NCBI GenBank assembly: GCA_028023455.1
Contig: JAQFVV010000005.1
Span: 18,972,001 to 19,036,000 of the forward strand
DNA: 64,000 nucleotides
Direction of reading: 5' to 3'
Origin: Epiperipatus broadwayi
Lineage: Eukaryota; Animalia; Onychophora
Shown here: one piece after another, positions 38,897 to 52,400 of the stretch
Numbering within the stretch: position 1 is the stretch's first letter
How the letters are laid out: every line of letters starts with the position of its first letter
Notes under the pieces: generated by a model
The model's input: only the letters and a program-made list of their open reading frames with translations
Told to the model about the DNA's origin: nothing
Database searches by the model: none
Program-made: the position numbers and the translations under genes

Positions 38897-41072
38897 TTAA
38901 TGTTTTGTTTGATTAAATTATTGCAGATGCATATATAGCAGGTAAATATAAATCTCACACCTGTATATAGTAGAATGGTGCAGGTCGACAGTAGAATGGT
39001 GTAAGTCGACAGTAGAATGGCGCGAATCAAAAATTGAATGGCTGTAGACAGCAGTTTATGAAGTTAAGAATGTGTTTAAGTTATTGTTTATAAATAATGG
39101 CAATGTTGAACAGTAGTATTTGTGAGTTTGATATTAACAACACATCCCCATGGAAAGTTTATGTCCAGCATATTGAGTGTTATATGCTAATAAATAAAAT
39201 TGATGAAGATATACTGAAAATAGCTATGCCTTTGTTATTTGTTGGCAAGAACGTTTTACAAATCGCAAAACAACTTCTGAGGAAATTCCATGTAAAGAAT
39301 TAAAAGAGAAATGCATTTTTTAACTTGAAATGAGTATCTAGTCTGCGTTTTAGAATGAAAAGGTAAATACCTCATGAGCATTATATAGACTATGATATAG
39401 CATTTCGTACACTTGCAAAACAATGCCAATTTTCCCCTGGGTTAGAAAATATGCTGCTTGACCAACTATTGTTTGGAACGTCTGACCATAGCCTGAGGAA
39501 AACTTTGTTGAGTGAGCCAAATCTGAATTATAAGATAGCCCTCGGAAAATGTTTGGCTCAGGAAGTAATGTTAGAAGAAGCATCAGAATTTCAAATTTCA
39601 ATCTGAATGCAAAATAATTCTATTCTTGTAAATAAAGCAAAAGCTATAGCTATGAGTTTGAAGATGGCAAAGGAAAATTTGATTTGTTATTGCTGCGGTG
39701 TAAAAAAAGATGTTAAGAAATTTTGTAAATTTAAAATGGAGAAATATAATGTTTGTAAAATTAAAGGACATTTAGCTCATGTCTGCAGAAACAAAGACAA
39801 GAATTGTGAAACTCAGTTACATCCAGACTTTAAATTGTGGAGAGACAAATTAAGAGGCAAAAATCCGTTGACAAAATTAATGACACAGATGATGGTCAGA
39901 CTTTAAATCACGGGGAGGCAGATTAAGTGGCAAAAATCTGTTAACAAGATTAATGGCATATATGATGGTCGTATTGTGTTAGACAAGACTGTCTGTGAAA
40001 GTAAAATTACAATTGAAGTGAACCAGAAGTGCTAGCCTTTTTTTGTTGTCATATAAAGACTGGATAACAATTAATGGCAGCACTAAAAGAAAATACACAC
40101 TCCAAAATATGGAGGTATTAACCACAGATGTGAATGGCAAACAGAATTGACATATGTGGGAAAGTTAATATACCTGAAAATATTAATGCTAAAGCTATTG
40201 TTTTACCATTACACATTGTGAAGAGTAATATAAGTCCTATATTAGAAAGAAATTGGCTTCGTCCATTGGGAATTTGTCTAAAGAGTTCGGTTAAAAATAG
40301 AAGTTAGAAAGATCTTTCCAATTCATTTAAGCCAGGATTAGCTGAATTAAAAACCAGATACAATGGATTTTATGAATAATCAAGAAGAAAAAAATGTATC
40401 TCCAACAAGATCCACCAGAGTTTGACGACAACCAACAAGATTATTTTTTGTAACCAGGAAGAGCTGTTTGGGAGAGGAATGGACTGTTCTGTGTGTATAT
40501 ATGTATATTTAGAATAAATACAGTTCAATAAAATCTATTAAAATTATTATTGGTATAAATGTACTCTAGAAAATTAGAATAAAGCTAAAAATCTGGATTT
40601 GATATTGAGCAAGGTCAATAAATTTACATGAACTCTACTACATATTCTGAACCGCATAAATACAACTGGATACGTTCTAGCAAGGCAGAGCAGCATTTTA
40701 TACAATCATGTGAGCATCAATTGTGTAACCTTGTAAGCAGAAAAATGCAATGTGTGTGCCATTGTAGAAGTCAATGAAGTCTGATATTACAAATAAGATT
40801 AGAATATCTATGTGTTAAAACCAAAGTAAATGGTTACACACAGGTAATTGGACTTTTATATAATGTTTGTGCATATGAACAGTTTAATATGTGGCTAATT
40901 ATTGGCACTACTTAAAGAAGCTAAATGGTTTCATTCATTTTATTTTATTATTCTTTTTATTATTATTAAGGTAAATAAACTTGTTTTTATTACTTTAGTT
41001 AATGTTTTGCTTGATTAAATTATTGTAGATGCATATACAACTGGTAAACATAAATATCACCCCTGTATATAG
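38897..41072 (+). mobile_element. Internally deleted Ty3/Gypsy element (gag and protease remnants)
   Basis: gag N-terminus (MAMLNSSICEFDINNTSPWKVYVQHIECY), zinc knuckles (CYCCG...; CKIKGHLAHVCR), protease-region remnant (PILERNWL), PPT GGGAGAGGAA at 40461-40470. Direct repeat 38897-38970 / 40999-41072 may be part of the LTRs; LTR limits unresolved. Confidence 0.8.
38969..39020 (+). repeat. 21-bp tandem repeat (2.5 copies) in the Gypsy 5' LTR region
   Basis: AGTAGAATGG at 38969, 38990 and 39011, with GTCGAC in the spacers. Confidence 0.85.
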
Positions 41073-41782
41073 CAATATCTAAAAAAATTTAAATGCTCTG
41101 GCCAATAAAAGATGCTCATTTCCAAATGTTAAAACAAGTACCAATATCCCTTCCAAACTATTCTACCTGACTATGTATTTATTATATAAAAAAAATATGG
41201 CAGATTTTTAATCAATCTTATTCTATTATTATTTTTTGTCACAACTCTAATTCTCAACTGTCTGTATAATCCTTTTCCCATTTAACAAAATATCTAAATA
41301 TCTACACTGCTCTATTTTTCAAAGATAAAGATTTTCCATCCTTCAATTTAATCTTTCCTATAAAATATTAGTATCTCAGATTTTTCTTCAATCAATTGAA
41401 TTTTAATATTTCTTCCTATCTCTTTGCACTTCTAAAAATGAAAGTGTTTATATATCTTCTATTAGCTCTTGTGAAAATAAGATTTGAATTATTATATAAT
41501 GACTAAATTTTGAATTGTAAACTATTACAAGATTTATAGAGCTGCCTTTATAAGAATCCCTTCATCAATTGTATCAAGACCTTAAACATACTAGCCACAA
41601 ATCTAAATGGCCATAAATCTTACATATATATATAAAGCAAATTTTATTTGCTTTAATTTTAAAAAATAAAGGATCAAGTACATGCAATTATTAAATATGA
41701 TGCTGTTTGTAGTAAATATGCACACATAATTATATATATATATTTAAAAAATAATTATTTAAAATAAAAAAGTAAAACTTAC

Positions 41783-42649
41783 TATTTACATCATTTGTAT
41801 TATTAAAATCATCATGATCTAATTGGTGGGAATATGTTGCTCGTTGTTCAGCACCAACACTTTCATTCAAACTTTGACTATCTTCCCCAGAACTCAAATC
41901 AAAATTAATGCTTTTTAATTCAAGGCTTTTAACTGACTCTCTGTCATCATTAGTAATTCTTGAGAGAGAAGATTTCACATCTGTTTGTAAAAAATTACTG
42001 TCTGAATTCTGCTTACTGCCCATAGGCCAACCATCCTGAGATTGCTTCACTGCAGAAGTGTTCCCATTAGAGAAATTCATTTGCATAAAGTCTGCAAAAT
42101 TATTATCTTCTGATTTATCATAAAATGACTCTTTTTTCTGAAAATCATCTTCTCCAGAATGAGCAAAAAATGTACTAAACACAGGGATATCATCATATTC
42201 AATCTGAGGTTCTGATTGCAGATCTTTAACAGAATCATTTATTTTATTTGAGATTCCAGATTTATCATTACTATGTTTATCAATAACTGGAGAGCATTTA
42301 AACTCATTCCATTCTTCTTCTTCTTGAAGTTTACTTGAATCTTCCAATTGAAGTTTCTTTAGTGCACTGTATTTATCATACAATGGTAACTCAGTTTTCA
42401 ATTGTTTAATATTATTATTTGTAACATTTGCATGCTGAAAATTGGAAATAATACCCCTTTCCTTGTCTTCAGAAATTGCTTTAAAATTTGCACAATTTTC
42501 AGATTGGGATGACGGTAAATTCTGATGATCACCAGATGACTGAAATGATCTGAAATCAGCAAAATTCTCAGATGAAGTGGCTGCCCCATCTGCAGCTTTA
42601 AAATTATCAAAATCATCATCTGGACCTAAACTAGTGTCGGGTGTAATTA
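41783..42649 (-). CDS. SYNRG: Synergin gamma-like gene, large acidic exon with AP-1 gamma-ear/clathrin-adaptor binding-type motifs (phase 1-1)
   Basis: Core of ORF 41730-42737. Acceptor ttactttcag|TA, donor AAATA|gtaagt; 867 nt. Low-complexity D/E/S-rich sequence with DDDFDNF, NFADF (twice), EEWNEF and DKYSALK motifs, typical of synergin/aftiphilin GAE-binding regions. Confidence 0.9.
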
Positions 42650-43226
42650 CTGAAAGTAAGAGAAAAAATAAATAAATAGATGTTAAAAATAATAAAACTA
42701 GTAATGTTTTTAGTAATATTAAATAATAATTATTCACTTATTTGATAGAACTTACATTAATTTAAACAAATTCAATTTAATCTAACTATTTAATCTATTA
42801 TTACTTTTTAAGTAATATGTTTTCTATCATATATTTAATTCAGGTGTTTCTTGGATTATACTGACTTAATATTAAAAAAAAAAAAAAAATTACATTGATA
42901 AAAACAATAAAAATCCATAAGTAATATATCTTTTTTATAAACCCCTCTGCCAATCTCCTTTCAGTAAATTTTCTATAGTGTACTAGATGTTGATCAAGAT
43001 AAATTATAACTTTATTCTTGAGAAAAATAAGCTGATGATATGAAGGAAGGAAAAACTTATGGTGTTTAAAGACTTGAGCAAAAGTTAGCAAAGTTTGCAG
43101 AGCCTACCTGAATGAATCTGCCATTTTGCCAATAAATTGCTCAAGAATAAATCTTAAAACATTTTTATCACCATCTAATATTCATTTCAATTTGTAATTT
43201 TTAATCAGAAGGTAATCAGTCTTTGA

Positions 43227-43548
43227 CATGCATTGTTTAATCATGTTATTAACTCACCAATGTTATAATGAGTATACAGGACACTCTTAAATCCAAAACC
43301 ATGATAGAGACTTTTAAAAGATAAGAACAGCTGTCTTATCTTTGTATCTAAATGCAATTATATAGGCCAATTTAAAGCATTTTGGAATGAGAGTATGAAG
43401 ACTTTATATCCATTAGGTTATTAATTTATAGTTAAACCCAGTGAAATTTTCAGAATCAGTTTAATATTTCTATCTTGTGTTTGGATTTGAGTGTCCTGCA
43501 TACTTACTATAACATCGGTGAGTTAGTAACATGATTAAACATTGTATG
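43227..43548. repeat. Fold-back element with about 75-bp inverted arms
   Basis: CATGCATTGTTTAATCATGTTATTAACTCACCAATGTTATA...GGACACTC / GAGTGTCC...TATAACATCGGTGAGTTAGTAACATGATTAAACATTGTATG. Confidence 0.75.
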
Positions 43549-44057
43549 TTGAAGGCTTATTACTTTCTGATTAAGAATTACTAATGAAAATTGCGCTTCT
43601 AAATTATAATGTTATTAAATTTCAATTTTGTGTAAAAAAAAAAAAAGGAGGGGGGATTATTTACAAAAACCAATATTTATGTTAAATCAAGACTAAAGAT
43701 GAGCTTATTAGAAGAAACAAATACTTACATCATTAAACAAGATCCTATATAAAGTAAATACTTACTAATTAACATTTTACAAATCCAGCACAATTTTCAT
43801 GCTACCTGATTTATTTGTAATTAACTTGAATACCAGCTGGTGAAAGTGCAATATTTGTAAAACATTAATTGGGAGATATTTACTTTAGATGAATTTATTT
43901 AAAACTGGAACTTTTTCATATTCAAATATATTAATTTGCAATATCCTGAATCACAGATAGACTACCTGCTGTTTTTAATAGTATTTTATGGAATAGTACC
44001 AAACACTTTATAAGAATAGCAAGTGGTAATATAATAAATATCTAACAGATCATCATA

Positions 44058-44360
44058 TTAAAACAGGCAAAACTCACTATATGTATTGCCACACACAGCA
44101 AGCTAGAGTAATCAATGGATGCCAGAAGGCTTATGCATAAAATCCCTATCTAGTGCCTACTCATCCAATATCCCCAAACAAGCCAGAAACTAATTTGGGG
44201 ATATTGGATGAGTAGGAACTAGATAAGGATTTTATGCACAAGCCTTCTGGCATCCATTGATTACTCCAGCTTGCTGTGTGTGGCAATACATATAGTGAGT
44301 TTTGTCTGTTTTAAAACAGTTATACACAAGCATAAGAAGTGGTGGTCATGTGATGTTTAT
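44058..44360. mobile_element. Fold-back PLE pseudo-LTR fragment, family A (about 120-bp near-perfect arms)
   Basis: Arms 44058-44176 / about 44196-44314; the loop holds the hammerhead 3' half ACAAGCCA GAAA CTAATT TGGGG; followed by the family tail GGTCATGTGATGTTT. Confidence 0.88.
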
Positions 44361-46328
44361 TGGCTTAAGATCATTATATTACTTACCCTAGGTAATATTT
44401 AAATTTACATTAAGAGCAACAATCATCATATTCTAAGCTATCTATTATAAGCAAGCGTGATAAAATTATCTTTACAATAGATAGTTTAAAACAGAATGAC
44501 CTACTGCTCCTAATGCATATATAAAGATAAAAGAATTGATAAGCAATAAATATAATAAAAATACTAAACATTCAGATAGGTAAAATGTTTTATAGTTATT
44601 AAGAATGGTGTGAAAAGAGAGCTATATTTTACATAACTAATAATACATTCAACAAATTGTCAAACTCTTTGACCTGTAAATAAGTATATCATTGCCAAAT
44701 GTATCACAAGACTATATTATAATGTATGAACTAATAATTCATGTTAATGTCATATTTTTTATATTTCTCTTCATAAAGTATAGTTACATAGCTTTAAAAA
44801 GTTAATGTTTTCTAATAAAAAATATTTAATAACGAAAATATTTGGCGCTAAATCTTATGAAGGTGATGAATAAGGAAAACAAGACAAAAAAAGCAATTGA
44901 AGTTTTAATAGTAATAAAAACAGAAGTGGCTTTAAAAATATATAAGTAAAAAATAACTTGGATATCATATTACCCTGAACTGCTGCCATAATTCAATGGC
45001 ATATTTTTATTAAAACAATACAAGATTCCAAAAGAAGTAAAAATAAACAGATTATATTAAACTTAATGCTAAAAATAAAAGTAGTAGTAATTAATTTAAT
45101 GCTGATGTCAAAAAGAAATGAAGACTTCTATCACTAGCAGAAATGGGAATTTAATTAAGAGTAAAATAACACAACGTTGCACAATGTTTGGAATTTAGAG
45201 CTAAATGTGATGAACTTGCAATGATTAAATATTTATCAAATTAACATAGCTGTCTGTGCTTACATTTTAACACATGGTATTGGGAACAATTTTTTTTTAT
45301 TCTACTCCAGAGCTATATACTGTATGCTTGAATAATCAATGGATGCTAGGTAGTGGTACTATTATATCCATATATCGGAAAATAATATTTACTCATTATT
45401 CAAATTCACAATATAAGATTTTGAAATACAGTGAAAGAGAACCTGTCAACAGCAGATGACAGTATTAAACAAAAAATTAAGAAATTGACTGATAAATCTT
45501 AAATGATATTAAAAATGTTTTTTGGAAGTCATAAAATCTACCGAAGCCTTTGCAAAATTAAATATATGTTGGATAAATCAATAAAATAATAAAAATAAGA
45601 ATCAAATGGTTTATTGTTTAGGAGCTCATAAAAGGTCTGAATACTGAAAGTAATAGAAAAGAATCACAATCCATGGATCCTGAGTTCCAGAGATTGTCAC
45701 TCTATTGCTGCTTTAAATCATACTGGGCATTAATAATCAATCTAACTGAAAATGCAAATAAAAATATTGACCAGTTTATATTCTCCCTGAAGTTTGCAAA
45801 ATATTTAAAAAGATCAGATAAATTATATTCCAATACTACTCAGTATACAGAAATATATTCTGAAAAGTCTTTTGGAGCAATAAATTATCAGTCAACAAAA
45901 ATTAAAACTTATAAACATGCAATGGAAGTTCATGTCTGATAAAGTCTATGCAATGCTATATAATTTGTGGAAATTTAGTATTAAAATAATAATAAAAAGA
46001 ATTAAACAATTGTCATGAATCTATTACTATTATATTTAAGAGAATAGAGACAATAGTATTCCACTATGATTCTATTGATAATATCACTGCTAAATGCACT
46101 ACAAGAGAATGCAAAAATTGTCAGTGTTTTGACAAAATTGGGCATTACTATATCTCTCTAAAGCCAGAGTTCCCAGTTTGGATTCCATATGGCCCTAGAA
46201 TTCTTCTGAACTGCAATAAAATTCCAATTTTTTAGCTCTAATTAATGGTTTAAAAGTTGTACAAAAATTTTTCATTCTTCACTGTGACAAAATAAAATTG
46301 AATGCCACTCCTAATATTAGAATTCAAT

Positions 46329-47924
46329 TCATCATCATCATCATTATCAACCATTATCAATCCACTGCAGGATGAAGGTCTCTCCAAGTTTAATCCATCT
46401 TCTCCGATCTTTAGCTTCTCTTCTCCACATCATCCCTGCACACTTTCTTATTTCATCCATCCATCTCACATGTGGTCTCTTTCTGGGTCTTTTACAATCT
46501 CTTGGAATCCAGTTTAAAATTTCAATTGTCCATCTATTATCATCTCTTCTAACAATATGTCCAGCCCAACTCCACTTCAATCTTTTAATTTTTTCAATGA
46601 GGTCAGTAACACCTGTTTGTTCTCTTACCCATACATTGCGTTTACGATCTCTTCTTGTTACTCCCAACATACATCTCTCCATACTTCTTTGAGTGATCTG
46701 AAGTCTCTGAATTGCTCTTCTATTAAGTGTCCAAGTCTCAGATCCATAAGTAAGAACTGGTAAAACACATTTGTTAAAAACCTTCCTTTTCAAACACATA
46801 GGCATATTTCCTTTTAGTATCAAGTTATTTCTACCAAAAGCACTCCAACCAAGTTTAATTCTATGATTAATTTCCTCCATTATGTTTCCATCTGTATTAA
46901 TAATCTGACCAAGGTATTTGTAACTGTTAACTTCTAATTCATCATAATCAATCTTTATTTTCATATTTTGAGCAAATCGATTAAACATTACTTTAGTCTT
47001 TTTAACATTTATCTTTAGTCCTACTTTCCTACTTTCATCTGATAATTCCTGCAACATTTCCTGCAGATCTGAAGCATTATTTGCAAAAACAACTACATCA
47101 TCTGCGAAATCTAAATGACTTAAATAATCACCATTTACTTTCACTCCTTTAGTTTCCCATTTTAATCCACAAAATACTTCATGCAGCACTGCTGTAAAAA
47201 GTTTTGGAGATATGGAGTCACCTTGTCTTACACCTTTCTCAATGTTGACTTTCCCAGTGTCATTATGTAATCTAATTGTTGCTGTTGCATTTTTATAAAT
47301 ATTCTTTAAAATATGACAATATCCTGGATCTATACCTTGATGATCTAATGCTTTAATCACTGAAGAAATGTTTATAGAATCAAATGCCTTTTCATAATCT
47401 ACAAATCCTAAGCATAATAGCAACTCATATTCATTTGTCCTTTCTATAACTTCTCTCAATACCTGGATATGATCTACTGTACTAAAACCATTTTTAAATC
47501 CAGCTTGTTCTCTTGGTTGGTGGAAATCCAATGTTCTCTGTAGACGAGTAGTAATTATCTTGGTAAAAATTTTATATAAAACTGATAAAAGGCTGATAGG
47601 TCTGTAATTTCTAATATCTTCTTTATCACCTTTTTTAAATATTAATATTATTACTGCATTCTTCCAATCATCCAGTACATCTTTATCATTTAGACATTTG
47701 GTATATAACTTTGCTAAAAATTTTTCTATTTCTTCACCTGCTTCTTTTAATATATCAATCATAATTCCATCATTACCTGGAGCCTTTCCTTTCTTCATAC
47801 ATTTAATTGCATGTCTCACTTCTTCATTTAAAATTCTGGGCAATTTGGAAGATGTAATAGATATAGGAGGTACTTGTTCTTTATTACTATATAATTCTTG
47901 ATAAAAATCTTCTACCAATTTCAA
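46329..47924 (-). mobile_element. 5'-truncated, young RTE-clade LINE with an uninterrupted RT reading frame
   Basis: 525-aa ORF with non-LTR RT motifs (YRPISLLS, QAGFK, FVDYEKAFDS, GVRQGDSISPKLF, DFADD, YKYLG) and an RTE-type C-terminus (WAGHIVRRDDNRW); the stop codon runs straight into a (TGA)n tail at 46329-46349. Confidence 0.95.
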
Positions 47925-49276
47925 TTATCTACAATTAATCAAATTTTGGAATAATACTGAAGAGAAAAAAACTAAGTTTAATTTTGTTACTGACAAAGAT
48001 TGCTAAACAGTTGAAAATATCCCGTTTTTGAAGATGTGGAATAACAAAATATTGTATTTGCATTGTAAAAGTGCAAAGAAAAGTATGTTAATATAATTTG
48101 TTTATATTAAGTTTAATTCTTCCTATTATTAATCTCTTTTTTTTTGTATTTTCAGATTTTTGAATATAAAATTAGTGATAAATTTATTAAACTGGAAGAT
48201 TAATGAAAGAAGGCATAACTATACAATTAATTTCAAAGGTTTTGCAGTTTATCATATACATTACAGAGATACTTCTACATACGCTCCATTGGTGACATCT
48301 ATCTTTGCCACAATCTGTTTTAAATATTTAATCGTATTTTTATAAATCTGTGTTTATTATAATCATGCATAAACACAACATATTAATTTACCATTCAATT
48401 CATAAACACTTAAAATTTAATACTATATTATGGTGCCTTATTAAAATCAAGTGGTTTGAATATTAAATATATATGCAAAAAAAAAATCACACTAAATTTT
48501 CAAAACTAACATTCAATAAACTTTATGATTAAATATTCATTAAATAAAAATGTAATGAATAAGATTTTTGAGAAATTTAGAAGCAATTTGAGAGCCAATA
48601 ATTTCTTTATTCCTACTTCTAGAATACGTATTTTTATTATAGTACAAATATTTTTAGATATTATCCCTAGGATTAATTTAACATTGCTGTGTTTTAGACA
48701 ATTATGGATTTTCATTACTGCCAATATTTAATTTAAAAGCAATGCATTTCCTGCATACATTCAACGATGATTACTATTTTTAGATAAATATATTAATAGT
48801 TATTAAGAATCATTTATTAGACTGAAGATTACTATATTATATATAGTTCAGATATAAAATCTAAATTTCATCAAAAATTAATATATCATTTCTTATTTAT
48901 TATAAATGCATGGTCTTATAATAATTTAGCATCATTCCCTTTTTTCTATACATATGCCATATGTTTAAATATACTTGAAAACTATTCTTTAACATTCTTA
49001 TACTTTAAACAAATAAATAAAACATTGAAAAAAAAAGACAAACGACTCCCAAAATACCTTTGTTTGAAATACAAAAATATTAAATAATACTTTTCAAGTA
49101 TTTTTATTATGATAAAAAAAAAATGCCTACTTGTTGTAAATATACCACTAGAATTTATGACCATTAATATCCAAATCCACATACTCATACATTTAAGTAT
49201 TTATAACTGATACAGCTGACTAGCAAACATATAGTTTAAATGCATATTCAATAACAAGAAAAAAAACCCATCTTAC

Positions 49277-49428
49277 TAGGAGTATCATTAATCGTGAAAT
49301 ATTTCTGTTCTTCTACAGGATATGCTTTAATTCCACTATAGCTGCAAACACTGTGCCTATCTGAATTGGTATCAGATACTGGCGAATAGTTAGCTTCAAT
49401 TCGAAAAGCTGCATATTTATCAGCAGAA
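49277..49428 (-). CDS. SYNRG: Synergin gamma-like gene, coding exon (phase 2-1)
   Basis: Acceptor ttattttcag|T, donor CCTA|gtaaga; 152 nt; SADKYAAFRIEANYSPVSDTNSDRHSVCSYSGIKAYPVEEQKYFTINDTP. The DKYAAF motif resembles the DKY repeats of synergin gamma, and the phase joins in frame to the large exon. Confidence 0.82.
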
Positions 49429-52400
49429 CTGAAAATAACATCAAAATAAAGAATTGTTAATAGAAACAGAGTATTAAATAGCCTTCTTTTTTTTCTTTTT
49501 TTTGCAATTCTACTTTTGCCTGGCCAAATTAACAGAAAAAAAAAAGCAAAGAAAAATGAACAAATAATAATAAACCTAAATGAAATAAAATAAAAAAATT
49601 ATAATAATAAAATAGCAGCCATCTAGATAGGCTTGATTTAAGACTTAAAACGAAAGTCACAGTTTTTTTCCTTTGGTAATTGACAAAAATAATGTAAAAT
49701 AAATAAAATAATAATAATAAAGAGAACAAAAAATAGATTATTAAAAACCATAAATTTTTTGCTATCTTCCTGGCAATTTATTTATATAGACGCAATATTA
49801 ATTTTATCAGCTAAATGCCACTTCCAAAATTAATTCCAACATCATTTATATTTTGAATGTGAATATTATTTTTAATTACACATCTTAATGATATGAAGGG
49901 TTCATTAAAATTTGTGCACAATTCTAAAATTGAGATGCTAGAATAAATTGCATTAGAAGAGCAGCAGCAAAGGCAAACTAGCCTCAACAGTTTTTAAGTT
50001 TATCTCATCTAGTTGCTCAATCTGCCATTGAGCAGTAATTGAGATGTAACATTCAAGTAAGAAATATATTTATTTTAAGTAGATTTTAAAACTATTGAGT
50101 TGAATATACTAGAACTGCTGATTAATATTTTAAGGTGCTGACATTAAAAAAAATAAAATCATTAAAAAAAAAAAGTGTTCACATCACAAAGAAAAATCAC
50201 AGTTTATAATAATATATTTATACTCAAAGTGATTAATTTCAGATTCACCCAAAGTTGATCCTATAAAACAATGTAAATTGATATTAATGTGATCATATTT
50301 TAAGCACCTCCCCCCCCCTCAAAAAACATGTACAACGTGAGTGTGTTTGAAATATAATTTAAATAATGCTCTTATGCAATTATTAAAATGAACTTATGAT
50401 AGTATCCATCTAGAATCATAGGCAATAATATAAATTTATCAAAACAATGCATCACAACCTCTCTAGTTTTATCTACTCTAAGTAAGACAGCAGTGAACTT
50501 TTTCTTCTCACTCTACAATCATTTCTAGGCAATCAATGAATAACAGACAGCAATGTAAACAGATTCTTATTGCCAGTTTCTGGTTCTTGATTTTTTTCAA
50601 TAAAAAATACTTTTACACATGTTACACTATTTGAGATAGTTGATTAAAGACTCAGTCTATATGGTTTTCATAGAGCTATATAGATCAGGCACTAAATTGC
50701 TAGCAATATATTTTAATACAATAACATTACTTTTCATTTTTTGCACTTTGTCAAGAATTTGTATTTCTTTTTTTTTGTTTTAGCTTAACTTGCACCCTTT
50801 TTTAAAAATAATCACACGGAATTCTAATTAATGCCACAGATTCAACCAAAATAGTTAGAATAAAATAAAATAATATTGTTGAGTATATATAAAATAATAT
50901 TAATTGAAAAATAAAGAGATAGTAAAGACACTGGATCATATATACTTTAGTGCTAATTTGTCTAATTATAGAAGCAAGTCAGTGTAATTTCAAATTTTCA
51001 GAATGAAAGAAATTAGTTAATGATTTACTGCAAAAACAATGCATCCTATTTAAAACCTATCATAAAAATCTAGTTGCACTGCCAGTTAAAGTTCATTGAT
51101 GACAATATTGCTTTTGAAACAAGGAAAAGGATTATTGTTATCAAAACTTATTGTTTAAAAAAAGAAAAGTACCAATTTTAAAAAGAATGTATGATTGCTA
51201 AATATGTGATAGTATGTTTCATTTAATTAAGTAAATTTAACTTTCAAAGATTTAAAGAACCATTTTTAGCAAAGTTGTAAATAACAACTCCACTTTCTGT
51301 ATTAATGCCAATTTATTTACATAGCATAAGACAGGCATAAGTAGGTCAGTGATAATTAAAAGTTAATAAATAATGTACAATAGATATAAAAATACTCTAG
51401 AGATCTTCACCAACTTATCTTTGAAAATTAAATTTACTTAATTAAATAAATAAAATGTAATACCAAATATTTAACAATCATAGATACTCATAATGATTTT
51501 AATGAAGACTAAAATTTCATTGCCTGGATTAATATGTAAGTACCCATTAAAGTTCTTAAACATGTCAATATTTAGTAATCGAATTACGTATAATAAAAAA
51601 TAATTGTAAAATAATAGAAAACAATGCAATTTAATTTTGTAATCATTTATATTTAACATAAATCCAGTATTTTCAAAACAAAATGAACAACAATTACCAA
51701 ATCAATTAAAACGCTGTTTAGCTAAAGGTTATTTTCTATTTCCCAATAAACCGCAAAGAATCTATCATAAAAGATGTGAACTCTAGTTAAATATTTTTGA
51801 GATCCTAATGTTATAAAAATATATTAAAAAATAATGCTTACATTTTTTTCAATACATTTGCATTACTGGCATTTAAGCAAATGCTATTTTGCCTAAGTGT
51901 GAGATAGTTATTGAAACTAAATAACTGTGTGGATTTTTAAAAACTTTTGTAAATAATTGTCAACCATAAAAAAAATTATGAAAGGTGAATCCTTTAATCA
52001 TGTGAAAATGCCATTAACAGTTTGTTGTTGTTTTTTAATTAATAATAGTTCTTTTAAAAAAATTTATAATTATTATTTTTTTAAATTTATTAATGTTGTT
52101 TTTTTCCCTAGGTCAAATTTTATGATCAGTATTTATTTACAAATATTAAAAGCTAATCACACTTTAGTTTCAAACAATAAAATAATTTCAATGCTCTTAA
52201 AACAATAATAGTAATAAATGTAAAACAATTCACAAACATTACTTATTTTAAAGTTTATAGATTAAATAATTAAAATAATTGAAAAGTTAAAATTTAAAAT
52301 TCATTTAATTTTAAACATTATTAAGCATTAATTTTTATGATTTGTTAATAAAATCGTGAATTAAATTTAGGATATTTTTATTTTTAGAATATACTACTTT

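Noticed and set aside
38969-39020. Repeat-spacer-like AGTAGAATGG array as a CRISPR
   Set aside because: Only 2.5 units with near-identical 11-nt spacers, inside a eukaryotic LTR region, and no cas genes; an ordinary minisatellite.
42840-43091. ORF with VIIYLDQHLV, reminiscent of LTR RT YLDD
   Set aside because: Catalytic DD absent and no other RT motifs recognised; at most a tiny fossil.
46302-46763. Plus-strand ORFs (71, 106 and 68 aa; also 47698-47901)
   Set aside because: Antisense shadows of the RTE RT frame, with no independent motifs.
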